A program made the translations under genes and the position numbers. DNA of 64,000 nt from contig OZ024745.1 of NCBI GenBank assembly GCA_964016885.1, positions 41,478,001-41,542,000 on the forward strand. Direction: 5' to 3'. The notes beneath the pieces are model-generated. The model was not told the origin of the DNA. It searched no databases and worked only from the letters and a program-made list of their open reading frames with translations. The stretch comes from Eledone cirrhosa (lineage: Eukaryota). Of this stretch, positions 53,580 through 64,000 are shown piece by piece (position 1 is the stretch's first letter; the number at the start of each line of letters is the position of its first letter).

Positions 53580-55910
53580 GGTGTATGTTGTCTGTGAGAT
53601 GTGTATGTGTACCGTGGTATATGCTGTCTGTGAGATGTGTACCGTGGTGTATGTTGTCTGGGAGATGTGTATGTGTACAGGGGTATATGTTGTCTGGGAG
53701 ATGTGTATGTGTACCGTGGTGTATGTTGTCTAGGAGATGTGTATGTGTACCGTGGTGTATGTTGTCTGGGAGATGTGTATGTGTACCGTGGTGTATGTTG
53801 TCTGTGAGATGTGTATGTGTACCGTGGTGTATGTTGTCTGGGAGATGTGTATGTGTACCGTGGTGTATGTTGTCTGGGAGATGTGTATGTGTACCGTGGT
53901 ATATGTTGTCTGTGAGATGTGTATGTGTACCGTGGTGTATGTTGTCTGTGAGATGTGTATGTGTACTGTGGTGTATGTTGTCTGGGAGATGTGTATGTGT
54001 ACCGTGGTGTATGTTGTCTGGGAGATGTGTATGTGTACCGTGGTGTATGTTATCTATGAGATGTGTATGTGTACCGTGGTGTATGTTGTCTGGGAGATGT
54101 GTATGTGTACAGGTGTGTATGTTATCTGAGATGTGTATGTGTACCGTGGTATATGTTGTCTGTGAGATGTGTATGTGTACCGTGGTGTATGTTGTCTGGG
54201 AGATGTGTATGTGTACCGTGGTATATGTTGTCTGTGAGATGTGTATGTGTACCGTGGTGTATGTTGTCTGTGAGATGTGTATGTGTACTGTGGTGTATGT
54301 TGTCTGGGAGATGTGTATGTGTACCGTGGTGTATGTTGTCTGGGAGATGTGTATGTGTACCGTGGTGTATGTTATCTATGAGATGTGTATGTGTACCGTG
54401 GTGTATGTTGTCTGGGAGATGTGTATGTGTACCGTGGTGTATGTTGTCTGGGAGATGTGTATGTGTGCCGTGGTGTATGCTGTCTGGGAGATGTGTATGT
54501 GTACCGTGGTGTATGTTGTCTGGGAGATGTGTATGTGTACCGTGGTGTATGTTGTCTGGGAGATGTGTATGTGTACCGTGGTGTATGTTGTCTGGGACAT
54601 GTGTATGTGTACCGTGGTGTATGTTGTCTGTAAGATGTGTATGTGTACCGTGATGTATGTTGTCTGGGAGATGTGTATGTGTACCGTGGTGTATGTGTCT
54701 GGGAGATGTGTATGTGTACCGTGGTGTATGTTGTCTGGGAGATGTGTATGTGTACCGTGGTATATGTTGTTTGTGAGATGTGTATGTGTACCGTGGTGTA
54801 TGTTGTCTGTAAGATGTGTATGTGTACCGTGATGTATGTTGTCTGGGAGATGTGTATGTGTACCGTGGTGTATGTTGTCTGGGAGATGTGTATGTGTACC
54901 GTGGTGTATGTTGTCTGTGAGATGTGTATGTGTACCGTGGTATATGTTGTCTGGGAGATGTGTATGTGTACCGTGGTGTATGTTGTCTGTAAGATGTGTA
55001 TGTGTACCGTGATGTATGTTGTCTGGGAGATGTGTATGTGTACCGTGGTGTATGTTGTCTGGGAGATGTGTATGTGTACCGTGGTGTATGTTGTCTGTGA
55101 GATGTGTATGTGTACCGTGGTGTATGTTGTCTGGGAGATGTGTATGTGTACCGTGATGTATGTTGTCTGGGAGATGTGTATGTGTACCGTGGTGTATGTT
55201 GTCTGGGAGATGTGTATGTGTACCGTGGTGTATGTTGTCTGGGAGATGTGTATGTGTACAGGGGTGTATGTTGTCTGGGAGATGTGTATGTGTACCGTGG
55301 TGTATGTTGTCTGGGAGATGTGTATGTGTACCGTCGTATATGTTGTCTGTGAGATGTGTATGTGTACCGTGGTGTATGTTGTCTGGGAGATGTGTATGTG
55401 TACCGTGATGTATGTTGTCTGGGAGATGTGTATGTGTACAGTGGTGTATGTTGTCTGGGAGATGTGTATGTGTACCGTGGTGTATGCTGTCTGGGAGATG
55501 TGCATGTGTACCGTGGTGTATGTTGTCTGGGAGATGTGTATGTGTACCGTGGTATATGTTGTCTGTGAGATGCGTATGTGTACCGTGGTGTATGTTGTCT
55601 GTGAGATGTGTATGTGTACCGTGGTGTATGTTGTCTGTGAGATGTGTATGTGTACCGTGGTGTATGCTGTCTGTGAGATGTGTATGTGTACCGTGGTGTA
55701 TGTTGTCTGGGAGATGTGTATGTGTACCGTGGTGTATGTTGTCTGTGAGATGTTTATGTGTACTGAGGTGTATGTTGTCTGGGAGATGTGTGTGTACCGT
55801 GGTGTATGTTGTCTGGGAGATGTGTATGTGTACCGTGGTATGTTGTCTGGGAGATGTGTATGTGTACCGTGGTGTATGTTGTCTGGGAGATGTGTATGTG
55901 TACTGTGGTG
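53580..55910. repeat. 36-bp minisatellite (gtaccgtggtgtatgttgtctgggagatgtgtatgt)
   Basis: Long tandem array, read directly. Confidence 0.97.
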
Positions 55911-56169
55911 TTTGTAGAATGCGAATGAAAAGATGTCCCGTGGGAACATGCAATAGGAGAATGTGATGTGGTAGTGTGCTAAATGGAATGTTGTGTGGTG
56001 ATGGAGGAGCAAAATGAAATGACGTCGAGATGCAATTAAGTAAACGTCCCTCAACAGCTCATACTAAAGGGAATAGAACAACTAAGGTGAGAAACAAAAT
56101 GTTGTTCCATGCGATAGCGAGAAGTATGAAGTGGTGTTGTAAAATAACCCCACAGACTGAGAGGTAGAA

Positions 56170-56362
56170 AATAATTGTTTCTACTTTTGGCACAAGGCCA
56201 GCAATTACCCAGTGCATTACTGGTACTTTATTTTATCGACCCCGTAAGGATGAAAGGCAAAGTTAACCTCGGCGGGATTTGAACTCAGAATGGCAAGGGC
56301 CGTAACTCTATACGTCAAAGCTTGGCGTCCGACGCTCTACCGATACTGCCAATCCACCGCCC
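56170..56362 (-). mobile_element. tRNA-derived SINE
   Basis: Near identical to 10688-10873. Confidence 0.85.
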
Positions 56363-58183
56363 TCGGTAGAAAATAATGTGAATAGGCGATGTAGGTGAGA
56401 GGTAGAAAATAATGTGAATAGGTGATGTAGTGTTATTTAAGTAGGTGTCGTGTAGATGTAGGGTGGAACGATTTGCTAACTTACACCCGGTCCTTCCGAA
56501 GTGGTCAGTGATTGGTAGGGTATGTTGTACATTGGTTGTCTCTAACAATAATGGCAGTATTTGGGATTTATGTGCAAGTATATTTATATATATATATGTC
56601 TGTGTGTGAGTGTGTGTACACGTGTCTGAATTTTCCAGTCTATCTATCATTCTATAGAACTATTTATCATTTCGTGGTTTATTTCTTCTTCTGTCTATCG
56701 TACTATATATCAATCTGTCTGTAAGTTGATCAAGCTTAAGCTGTCTGTCCGACTTCTGTCTAACTATAAATTACAATTTAATAACTGTATTCATCGTTCA
56801 CCCGTTTTTATGACCCACGAAGGAAAAATAAAAAGCTCACAAATACACCACTCCATGATTTTTACCTCTGTAACTTTGCACTGCAATTCATACACGAATT
56901 TTTCAAAAGAAAAAAAACAACAGAAATTCTATGAGAACATGTATTCGACAAAGACAAGAGCCAAATCAAAACTATTTAAAAAGTATTCACGAGCTGAAAG
57001 CTAAAACAAAATGTTTCGAAGTTTTTGTTGTTTTTTCTTTTTTTTCCCCCATTATTATCGATTTTATATTTTAAATACAAGTCGTTTGACATTTTAATAT
57101 ATTCTTTCATATTTTTCTTCCATCGTTATTATTAACGTTTCAAAAATCTTGATAAGTCTGTCGACCGCCTCTCTCACTTGTTACGTTTTATTTTATTTTA
57201 GTTTACTTTAGTTTATTTTAAATATTACATTTTAAATATCAAATTTTTTTTTTGTTTTCGGATTTTTTTATGACTTCGGGTGCTGCTAATGATGTAAGGG
57301 CGGTGAATTAGCAGGATATAGAAAGTGTGTGGTAGCACTCCTGCCTCAAATATATGAGGAGTGCCATGATTATTCTAGAGTCTCAGCTAATGACCAAAGA
57401 TAGTGGCAGCGTTGATTCAAATATGTAATTGACACTCTCCTATAGACTTTATCTGACAATTCCAAAGTGTAACTCTTCAACAACAGTAATACAACCGTGT
57501 CGGATACCTAAGGGTGGACGCAGCATGGCCGAATTTTAAAAAGGTTTTGGGTTCGTCATATTGCGTGGCATCTTGCACGGGTGTAATTTGCCATAACCTC
57601 GGATCGACTCAAGCCCTGAAAGGGAAATTGAGTGGACAATAACTGTTTAGTAGCCCTTCGAATAGACTGTTCTTGTAATTTAAAGAGAACGCTTTGTCAC
57701 ATACTGCCACGCTGAATCTCCCTAAGGATTACGTCAAACGTAAAAGAGCATGTGAAATGCTCGATCAATTACATGTTAAATTCACGAATAGTTCCCTTGA
57801 TCAAACAAGTGGAACATTCCTCGTTATGACTGGCCGAGGTTTAATCCATACGTGTGGTGTACTTCAATGCTGGTTCTATCTGAGTATTTTACATTATGTG
57901 GTGTTAGCTTAGTATTCAGGGATTCAACTTCTGTTCTACGATAGTAGCCCCACTCTATCAGATATGCAAGGAGTACACTAATGTAGATCTTATCCGATTG
58001 TTCTAAACTCTCATCTATTGATAAACGATGAATTAAATCTTTTACAACTTTCTAGTCACAACATATCCTATATTTGAAATATTGGTGCTATTCTCAGCCC
58101 CATGCAATCCCTGATAGAATGAACCTATGTTCAACTATATTCCAACTATGACTCTTTCACTCTCTTGATATCAGATATAGTGT

Positions 58184-58354
58184 CTGACCTGTCAACTCTC
58201 CCACTCAAACGAGGAGATCTTCCACCCACCGTGGGGTGGGTTGGAGATGTCTTCATTATGTAAAATCTCCACATTTTTGCCTCATTTCTCCCCGCTTTGA
58301 GGCGCTCTTTTGCGTGGTACTCCCCATTTGGGTTTTTAGATGTTGAAAGGTCTG
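58184..58354. mobile_element. MITE, second copy
   Basis: Ends ctgacctgtcaa / ttgaaaggtctg, flanks tagtgt/tagtga. Internal similarity to 23396-23590. Confidence 0.5.
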
Positions 58355-59756
58355 TAGTGAGTCCATTTTTATCAAGATTATATGAAGTAATTGTTGCTCT
58401 CGTTATTTTTATTGTTGTTGTAGTTGTTCTTTTAGCCCAGGTGCAGCATTGTCCCTTTTAAAAATAGTAGGATGTAAGTTGAGATTAGGCTATTATTTCT
58501 ACAAAGTCAAGCTACCAAACAGGAGCTATCAGTGAGTATTGACCTCAGCACAACTTACTTACATAATGAATGTTCTCACTACTGAGCTATGGAGGTTGAT
58601 GTTGAATTTTATCGCTCTGCAGGGAAAATTTATAGAAAATAATTCAGCAGTAAACTTAACAATAAATAAGAAATTTTAAAAAAACATTTAAATTAATTAA
58701 AATAATGATTTATTTGTTGTTTTTGTTTATTTTTATTTCTAGTATAAGATTTATATTTCTGCGGTAGATGGCGCTGGTGTGGTAATATCAAAAACAGCTG
58801 TTCTAATTGTAATGATCTTGTTGATGTTGCTATTGCTGATACTGTTGGAGCTGTTGTTGTCTTTACTGTTATTGTTGTTAATGATGTTGCTATTGCTGTT
58901 ACTGTTGACGCTACTGTTATCTCTGGTGTTATTTTGGTGCCTTTGTTGTTGCTGTTGTAGTTGTTATTGTTTATGCTGTTGCTGTTGTTCCTGTTGTTGC
59001 TACTGCTGTTGTCACTCGGTCCTATGTTTTAACTCAAGTACTCACAATTTCCAAGACACCTTTATTTACAGAAATATTTATACAAAGCAATAAGGAAATG
59101 AAGATTAGAAGAAAAATAAAAGAAATAAAATGAAAGAAGATATCAAACAACGAAAAGAAAGGGAGAAGGAGATGGAGCGGCAGACTCTACACACCCGTCT
59201 GAGAGTATCTTCTAGCTGCGTCCTGCGGACAAGATGGCGAAAGCATTGCCGCTGAGAGTGGCCAGCGACACCCGCTACAACAGCCAATCCGCCTCACAGA
59301 GTTCTTTACGAGTTGATGGTGACGAGTTGATGATGACGAAACTATAGTTGACGATTGTAGTTGAAAGGTGACGAAATTTGTTAATAGACAAATTTGGGGT
59401 GGAGATCCTTTAATTCCCAAGCTGAATCAGTGACCAAACTGGACTTTTGAATTACAATCCACCCGACGTGTTTCCGTACAGGTTCCGTCTATTCCATATC
59501 ATTTACAAGGCTTGAGTTGGCATTAGGCAATGGGAAAGTCATTTTAATAAGATGCCGTGCTGTGAGATTGATCTCGGGATCTTATAGTTAGGAAATGAAA
59601 ATTTTAACCACATATTCATGTCTGCGTCTAATATGAGAAATCCGCATTTACATTTAAACAGCGAGAACATGCGGCCTGAATGGTCTAAAATTCATCAAGG
59701 ATATAAGTAACAAAATGGAACACGAGACGAACGCGCCCTTAATTACTGTTCTTTAT

Positions 59757-59832
59757 ATGACAGACTAGCTTAGCAACGTTATGAAAGACAGACTAGCTTA
59801 GCAACGTTATGAAAGACAGACTAGCTTAGCAT
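59757..59832. repeat. 28-bp tandem repeat, ~2.7 copies
   Basis: Unit gacagactagcttagcaacgttatgaaa. Confidence 0.85.
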
Positions 59833-61175
59833 CGTAGAGTTAAGCCTCAGTTGCTGTTGGTATTCATTTTCAGCTGAGTTAACTGTAACAACGTGAAATG
59901 AAGTGTTTGGCTAAAGAACAAAATGCGCTTCTTGGTACATGAATCCTCAGCATTACGTTTGTTAGACCAACACCTAAACCACTAAACCATGCACCTTCAC
60001 ATGTGCAGAAGTAGGCTTTTTTTTAATTTAATACATTATTATAATGTGGGTCGAAATCGATATCAGTGAATCGAAATGGGTAAAACATTATATTAAAATG
60101 CAGTTCAACGTGATACAACCAAATAATAGTATAATATATTACAGTGTAGTACAATGCAACACATGCTACAACAATATTTAAAGCCTAGAAATGGTATTTC
60201 TCATAAAAATATGTAGATGAATCCTATTCAATTTGTTTATTCAGGTGAATAGTTTTTATTTTATCATTCACCGTATAGAATCTAGCATGGAGTCAATGTT
60301 AAGCTGGTCTGTGACGTTTATATAAACACTGGATTTTCTATTCCGGAATGGTCAGTCACTTCAAAGTATGAAATATTTGAAAAAGATACGCTGCCTTCCT
60401 TTATCTATTTAATTGGATTGTCTTTTCTAGTTTATCTGCTTCAACAATTTCCTTCGACCTATAAAACCATTGAACCTGATTACCTGCAGCAATAGTTTAC
60501 ATAGTCCGTTCAACTTGATTATGTCTAGAACATTCTTTGCTAGACTATAAGCTTCATTATCGACGAATGAAGAATGAATGTTGAGAATTGTAGGCGTTTC
60601 TTTAAGTGGATAGTCAATACAAAATCGGAAATGAGTTTAGGCAAGTTTGAGAAGATTCTTTTGAATGAAAAGCAACAATGGATCCTCAATCTTTACATGT
60701 CAAATTAAGCATTGTCTGGAAAACTTAAACAAATATACCACGGCAGAGAAAGATTCCGGCGATCGTAAAAACGAACCGAAAAATGAGATTACGATTCTGT
60801 TTTCAAAATGGTTGCTGTATACGTAGAAAGATGAATGAGGTATTTATAGTCATAGTTTGTTGAATTCAACAGTGTACAGAATCGATTAATCAAATAAATA
60901 TATATTTCTTTAGACTGTAAATCAAACTGCATTTTATTAAACTGACGACTAAATAGATAACTGGTATAAGAAGGACGAGCATCGAATACGAAATATGACG
61001 TTTTATAATTTTGGTGGCATAGAGGCAGCAAATTAGATTCTCTGCTTAGAAAGATATAAATTGATCTAAGGAATAAGTTATGATGGATCTTCTGTCGGTT
61101 TCGACGATGCACATTCAGTCCTGCACCAACTAAACGTTCGACTTGGGAATTACCGTGTAAGTGTTTGAGTATTAC

Positions 61176-61556
61176 ACTGTCTGTAGATACCGAATGTGTG
61201 ATCAATGTCTGTAGATGGTGACTGACTGTAGATGTTGACTAGTTGGTCACTGTTTGTAGATGTTGACTGGGTGGTCAGTGTCTGTAGATGTTGACTGGGT
61301 GGTCAGTGTCTGTAGATGCTGATTGTGTGTCCACTGTCTGTAGATGTTGACTGAGCGGTGACTACCTGTAGATGTTGACTGTGTGGTCTCTCTGTCTCTA
61401 GATGTTGACTGGGTGGTCAGTGTCTGTAGATGCTGATTGTGTGATCACTGTCTGTAGATGTTGACTGTGTGGTCTCTCTGTCTCTAGATGTTGACTGGGT
61501 GGTCACAGTTCGTTGATGGTTACTGGGCAGTCACTGTTTGTAGATGTTGACTGTGT
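61176..61556. repeat. ~28-bp minisatellite (tgtctgtagatgttgactgggtggtcag)
   Basis: Direct reading of diverged tandem units. Confidence 0.9.
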
Positions 61557-62187
61557 GGATTAGTGGCTAAGTAGTTCGCCTCGTGATAACAAAATCCTTA
61601 GTTCGATTCTCGGTGGTGTGTTGTGTCAGTGAGCAAGACACTTTCTCATTGTCTTTGAGGACTACGTTAAGGGTACACGTGTCTATGAAATGCTCAGCGA
61701 CTTGCACACTATTCTCACTTGCAGGTTGTTCCTTTGATCAAATAACTGAAACATTCGTCGGAGCTCCAACAACAACAGCAACAACTATATAAAAACAACC
61801 TTTATACAAAAAAAAACTAATTTTGCTCATACATCACATATTCGATTATTGAAAAAAAAGTACATTTATTTTTTCCTGTAACGTTTTCCAGGGAATTTAA
61901 TAGCTTTATAGAAGTTTCTAAATTAAGGTTTTGTCAATAATATTTATAGTACTTTTGTTTTTATTGCCTTTTCTGAATTTTATTTTTAATGTTTCTGTCT
62001 ATTGAAATAAATGGTCGTAGTCAAAGGAATCCTTTGAAAATCAGTAGCCAATTGCAACCAACAGAAAATTAAGAATGGTATTAAAATAAATTAAAAGACC
62101 CTGCCCTCATATAGATATATGTGTATGTGTGAGTCCGTGTGTGTGTATGTATATTTAAACATGTAAACTTCTAAGCACACATGAGGT

Positions 62188-62296
<109 letters not shown>

Positions 62297-62377
62297 CAGG
62301 CGTTCTGAGTTCAAATCTCGACATGGTCAACTTTACCATTTATCCATTAGATAAATAAAGTGCTACTTTGGATCGAT

Positions 62378-62420
<43 letters not shown>

Positions 62421-62871
62421 CTCCCTCTCGGAAATCAGGTGTGCTCAGATTTGTAGTGGGATGGGATCCACCAGGTTTAAAAAATTCAAAGGTACACCGA
62501 ATGTCACGATGGCACCCCTATGATTCAATCAACATAAGAGAAAGTAATATAGGGGCATGGTGAAGAGAGGTATAGAATGAGAGAGAGAGCGTGACAAGCG
62601 AATAATGTATCTTATTAATTGTAAAAATGCGATATATTATTACTGGTCAGCAAACCATTACATCCTCATAATATATATATATATGTGTGTGGGGGGGGGG
62701 GGGGGGGTCAGAATAGACCCGGTTTTAAACTAGTTAGACCATTACTCAACAGACTACTACTCGATAATTAAGATAGTAGATTATGGCTATATTAGAAAGA
62801 GTCAAGGTCCTTCATACGGAGTGAGGTGTTTTAGTCATAGCCCTCGGAGTTTTGTTTCTAATATATACATT

Positions 62872-62905
<34 letters not shown>

Positions 62906-63724
62906 GGAGGAGGTTATAGTTCACTTGAAGCATTGTGTAATGAGGTATAAACGTTAGAATATGTGTAATAAGGCCAAGACAATGTAGATATGGACATAGA
63001 AAAAAGAATGCAATAGTGAGAGATATTGATGAGAATTCGTCTTTCACCTTGAATTTATTTAAATGTCCTTAATTTTCGAGATAATATCTCTTCTTCGGAG
63101 GGAAGTAAAAGTCTCAGACCAGCGTCTTAAATTTCCAATGAAGCCATGCTGACCGGAAATAGTATAGAGTTCTAACTTTAATATCAAAGAATTAAAATTA
63201 GGTGGGTAAAGAGTAGTCTCCCTTTAAGAGGGGTTTGTTTATGTTTTTGTTGTGTTTTTTAAATTTTATATGCGTGCCTGTATATGTGTGTGGGAGAAAG
63301 CATGAAGGTGTAGGTATGTGTGTGTGTGAGTGTGGGAAGATAGGTCTAATCGTAAAAGTGGGGGGTAGGTGTTATCTGGTGTTAGAACTGGTTTTGTGTG
63401 TGTATGTGTGAGAGAGAATAAGTGGAGGTGTGTGCGTGCGTGTGTGTGGGGTGTGTAAAGTGGGGCTAGAGGCCCTATCAGGTTATAAATTGGGTGTTGA
63501 GCTCTAGTCTATTATTGATTGGTGGATGTGTTCTATCTATAATGAGTGCTTCCTTGATTCTAAGATTACCGAGGTTTCTTTCTTTAGTTTCTATCCTAAC
63601 TGTTATGTTTTTATCAGTGTTTTTGCATTTAACTAGGTGTTTCTTAAATGAGGAAGCGTTAGTATTGAGGTGTTCTTTTATTCTTATGTGGAGTGGTCTG
63701 ATGGTGCTACCTACGTAGAAGTTG
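62906..63724 (-). mobile_element. 5'-truncated Penelope-like element (GIY-YIG C-terminus, 3' UTR, hammerhead) ending in (TA)n
   Basis: NFYVGSTIRPLHIRIKEH...RIKEALIIDRTHPPINNR (63478-63724), HHR at 63067-63101. Confidence 0.85.
63067..63101 (-). ncRNA. Minimal hammerhead ribozyme, CCGAAGA core (U4C)
   Basis: cct-CCGAAGA-a-gagat(att)atctc-GAAA-at-TA-agg, located in a PLE 3' UTR as expected. Confidence 0.7.
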
Positions 63725-64000
63725 GTCTTTGCTTGACCCAGGACTGCAGCTCGGTGAGCGAGACGAGTCGCGGAAAGGCTCGCCTCACAAACGGGGCCCA
63801 CACCGGTTGACCGGTGAGGAATACCTGGGGGTGCCGTAGCCTTAATGCTTGTTTACGCATCAGCAGCCACGGCATCCCCAGCCCTCCTTTCGAAGGGTGT
63901 TGACAGCAGATGGATCTCCTCACCATAGGAGCCCGCTTCTTCCAAAGGAATTGGAAGAGTGCGCGCTCCATTTTGGTGAGCGTTTCCCTTGGGCAAGGCA
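63725..64000 (-). pseudogene. Tx1 ORF2 internal fragment (continues beyond window)
   Basis: MERALFQFLWKKRAPMVRRSICCQHPSKGGLGMPWL, highly similar to ~25566-25843. Confidence 0.9.

Noticed and set aside
53492-56054. Long Cys/Val or His/Thr repeat ORFs; 36-bp unit resembling a CRISPR repeat length
   Set aside because: Contiguous minisatellite with no spacers and no cas genes, in a eukaryotic context.
60300-61150. Possible very old RT remnant (NLYM-like motif near 60690)
   Set aside because: No continuous frame or second convincing motif. It would need a translated HMM search.
63478-63801. 107-aa ORF as a stand-alone endonuclease gene
   Set aside because: Chimeric reading across a Tx1/PLE junction. 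The GIY half of the domain is missing.

Overview
Eukaryotic, AT-rich, almost entirely repeat-derived DNA with no recognisable host exon. The SINE family, microsatellite load and element mix suggest an octopus/coleoid cephalopod genome (inference, not verified). Main elements: (1) a near full-length but frameshifted Tx1-clade LINE (~24.6-30.1 kb, minus) plus 5'-truncated relatives stacked in (GATA)n; (2) a near-intact Penelope-like element (PLE; RT + GIY-YIG, 30.1-35.2 kb) with 0.83-kb pseudo-LTRs, each carrying a minimal hammerhead ribozyme; (3) a second PLE 3' end at 62.9-63.7 kb; (4) head-to-tail non-autonomous Helitrons, RTE fragments, many tRNA-type SINEs, a small MITE, and 32-bp and 36-bp satellites. 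The most striking signal is non-coding. About 20 complete, half or degenerate type I hammerhead motifs from several unrelated families can be read by eye, many with non-canonical cores (U3-A8 covariation, U4A, U4C, GCAA). Most sit in short hairpin insertions in (TA)n tracts. In several the fold-back apex coincides with a ribozyme helix (stem I or stem II), and one arm always carries an extra 3' tail. This suggests ribozyme-helix-primed fold-back during retrotransposition of small PLE-derived elements. All structures were read manually, none was computed, and coordinates of degraded repeats are approximate.
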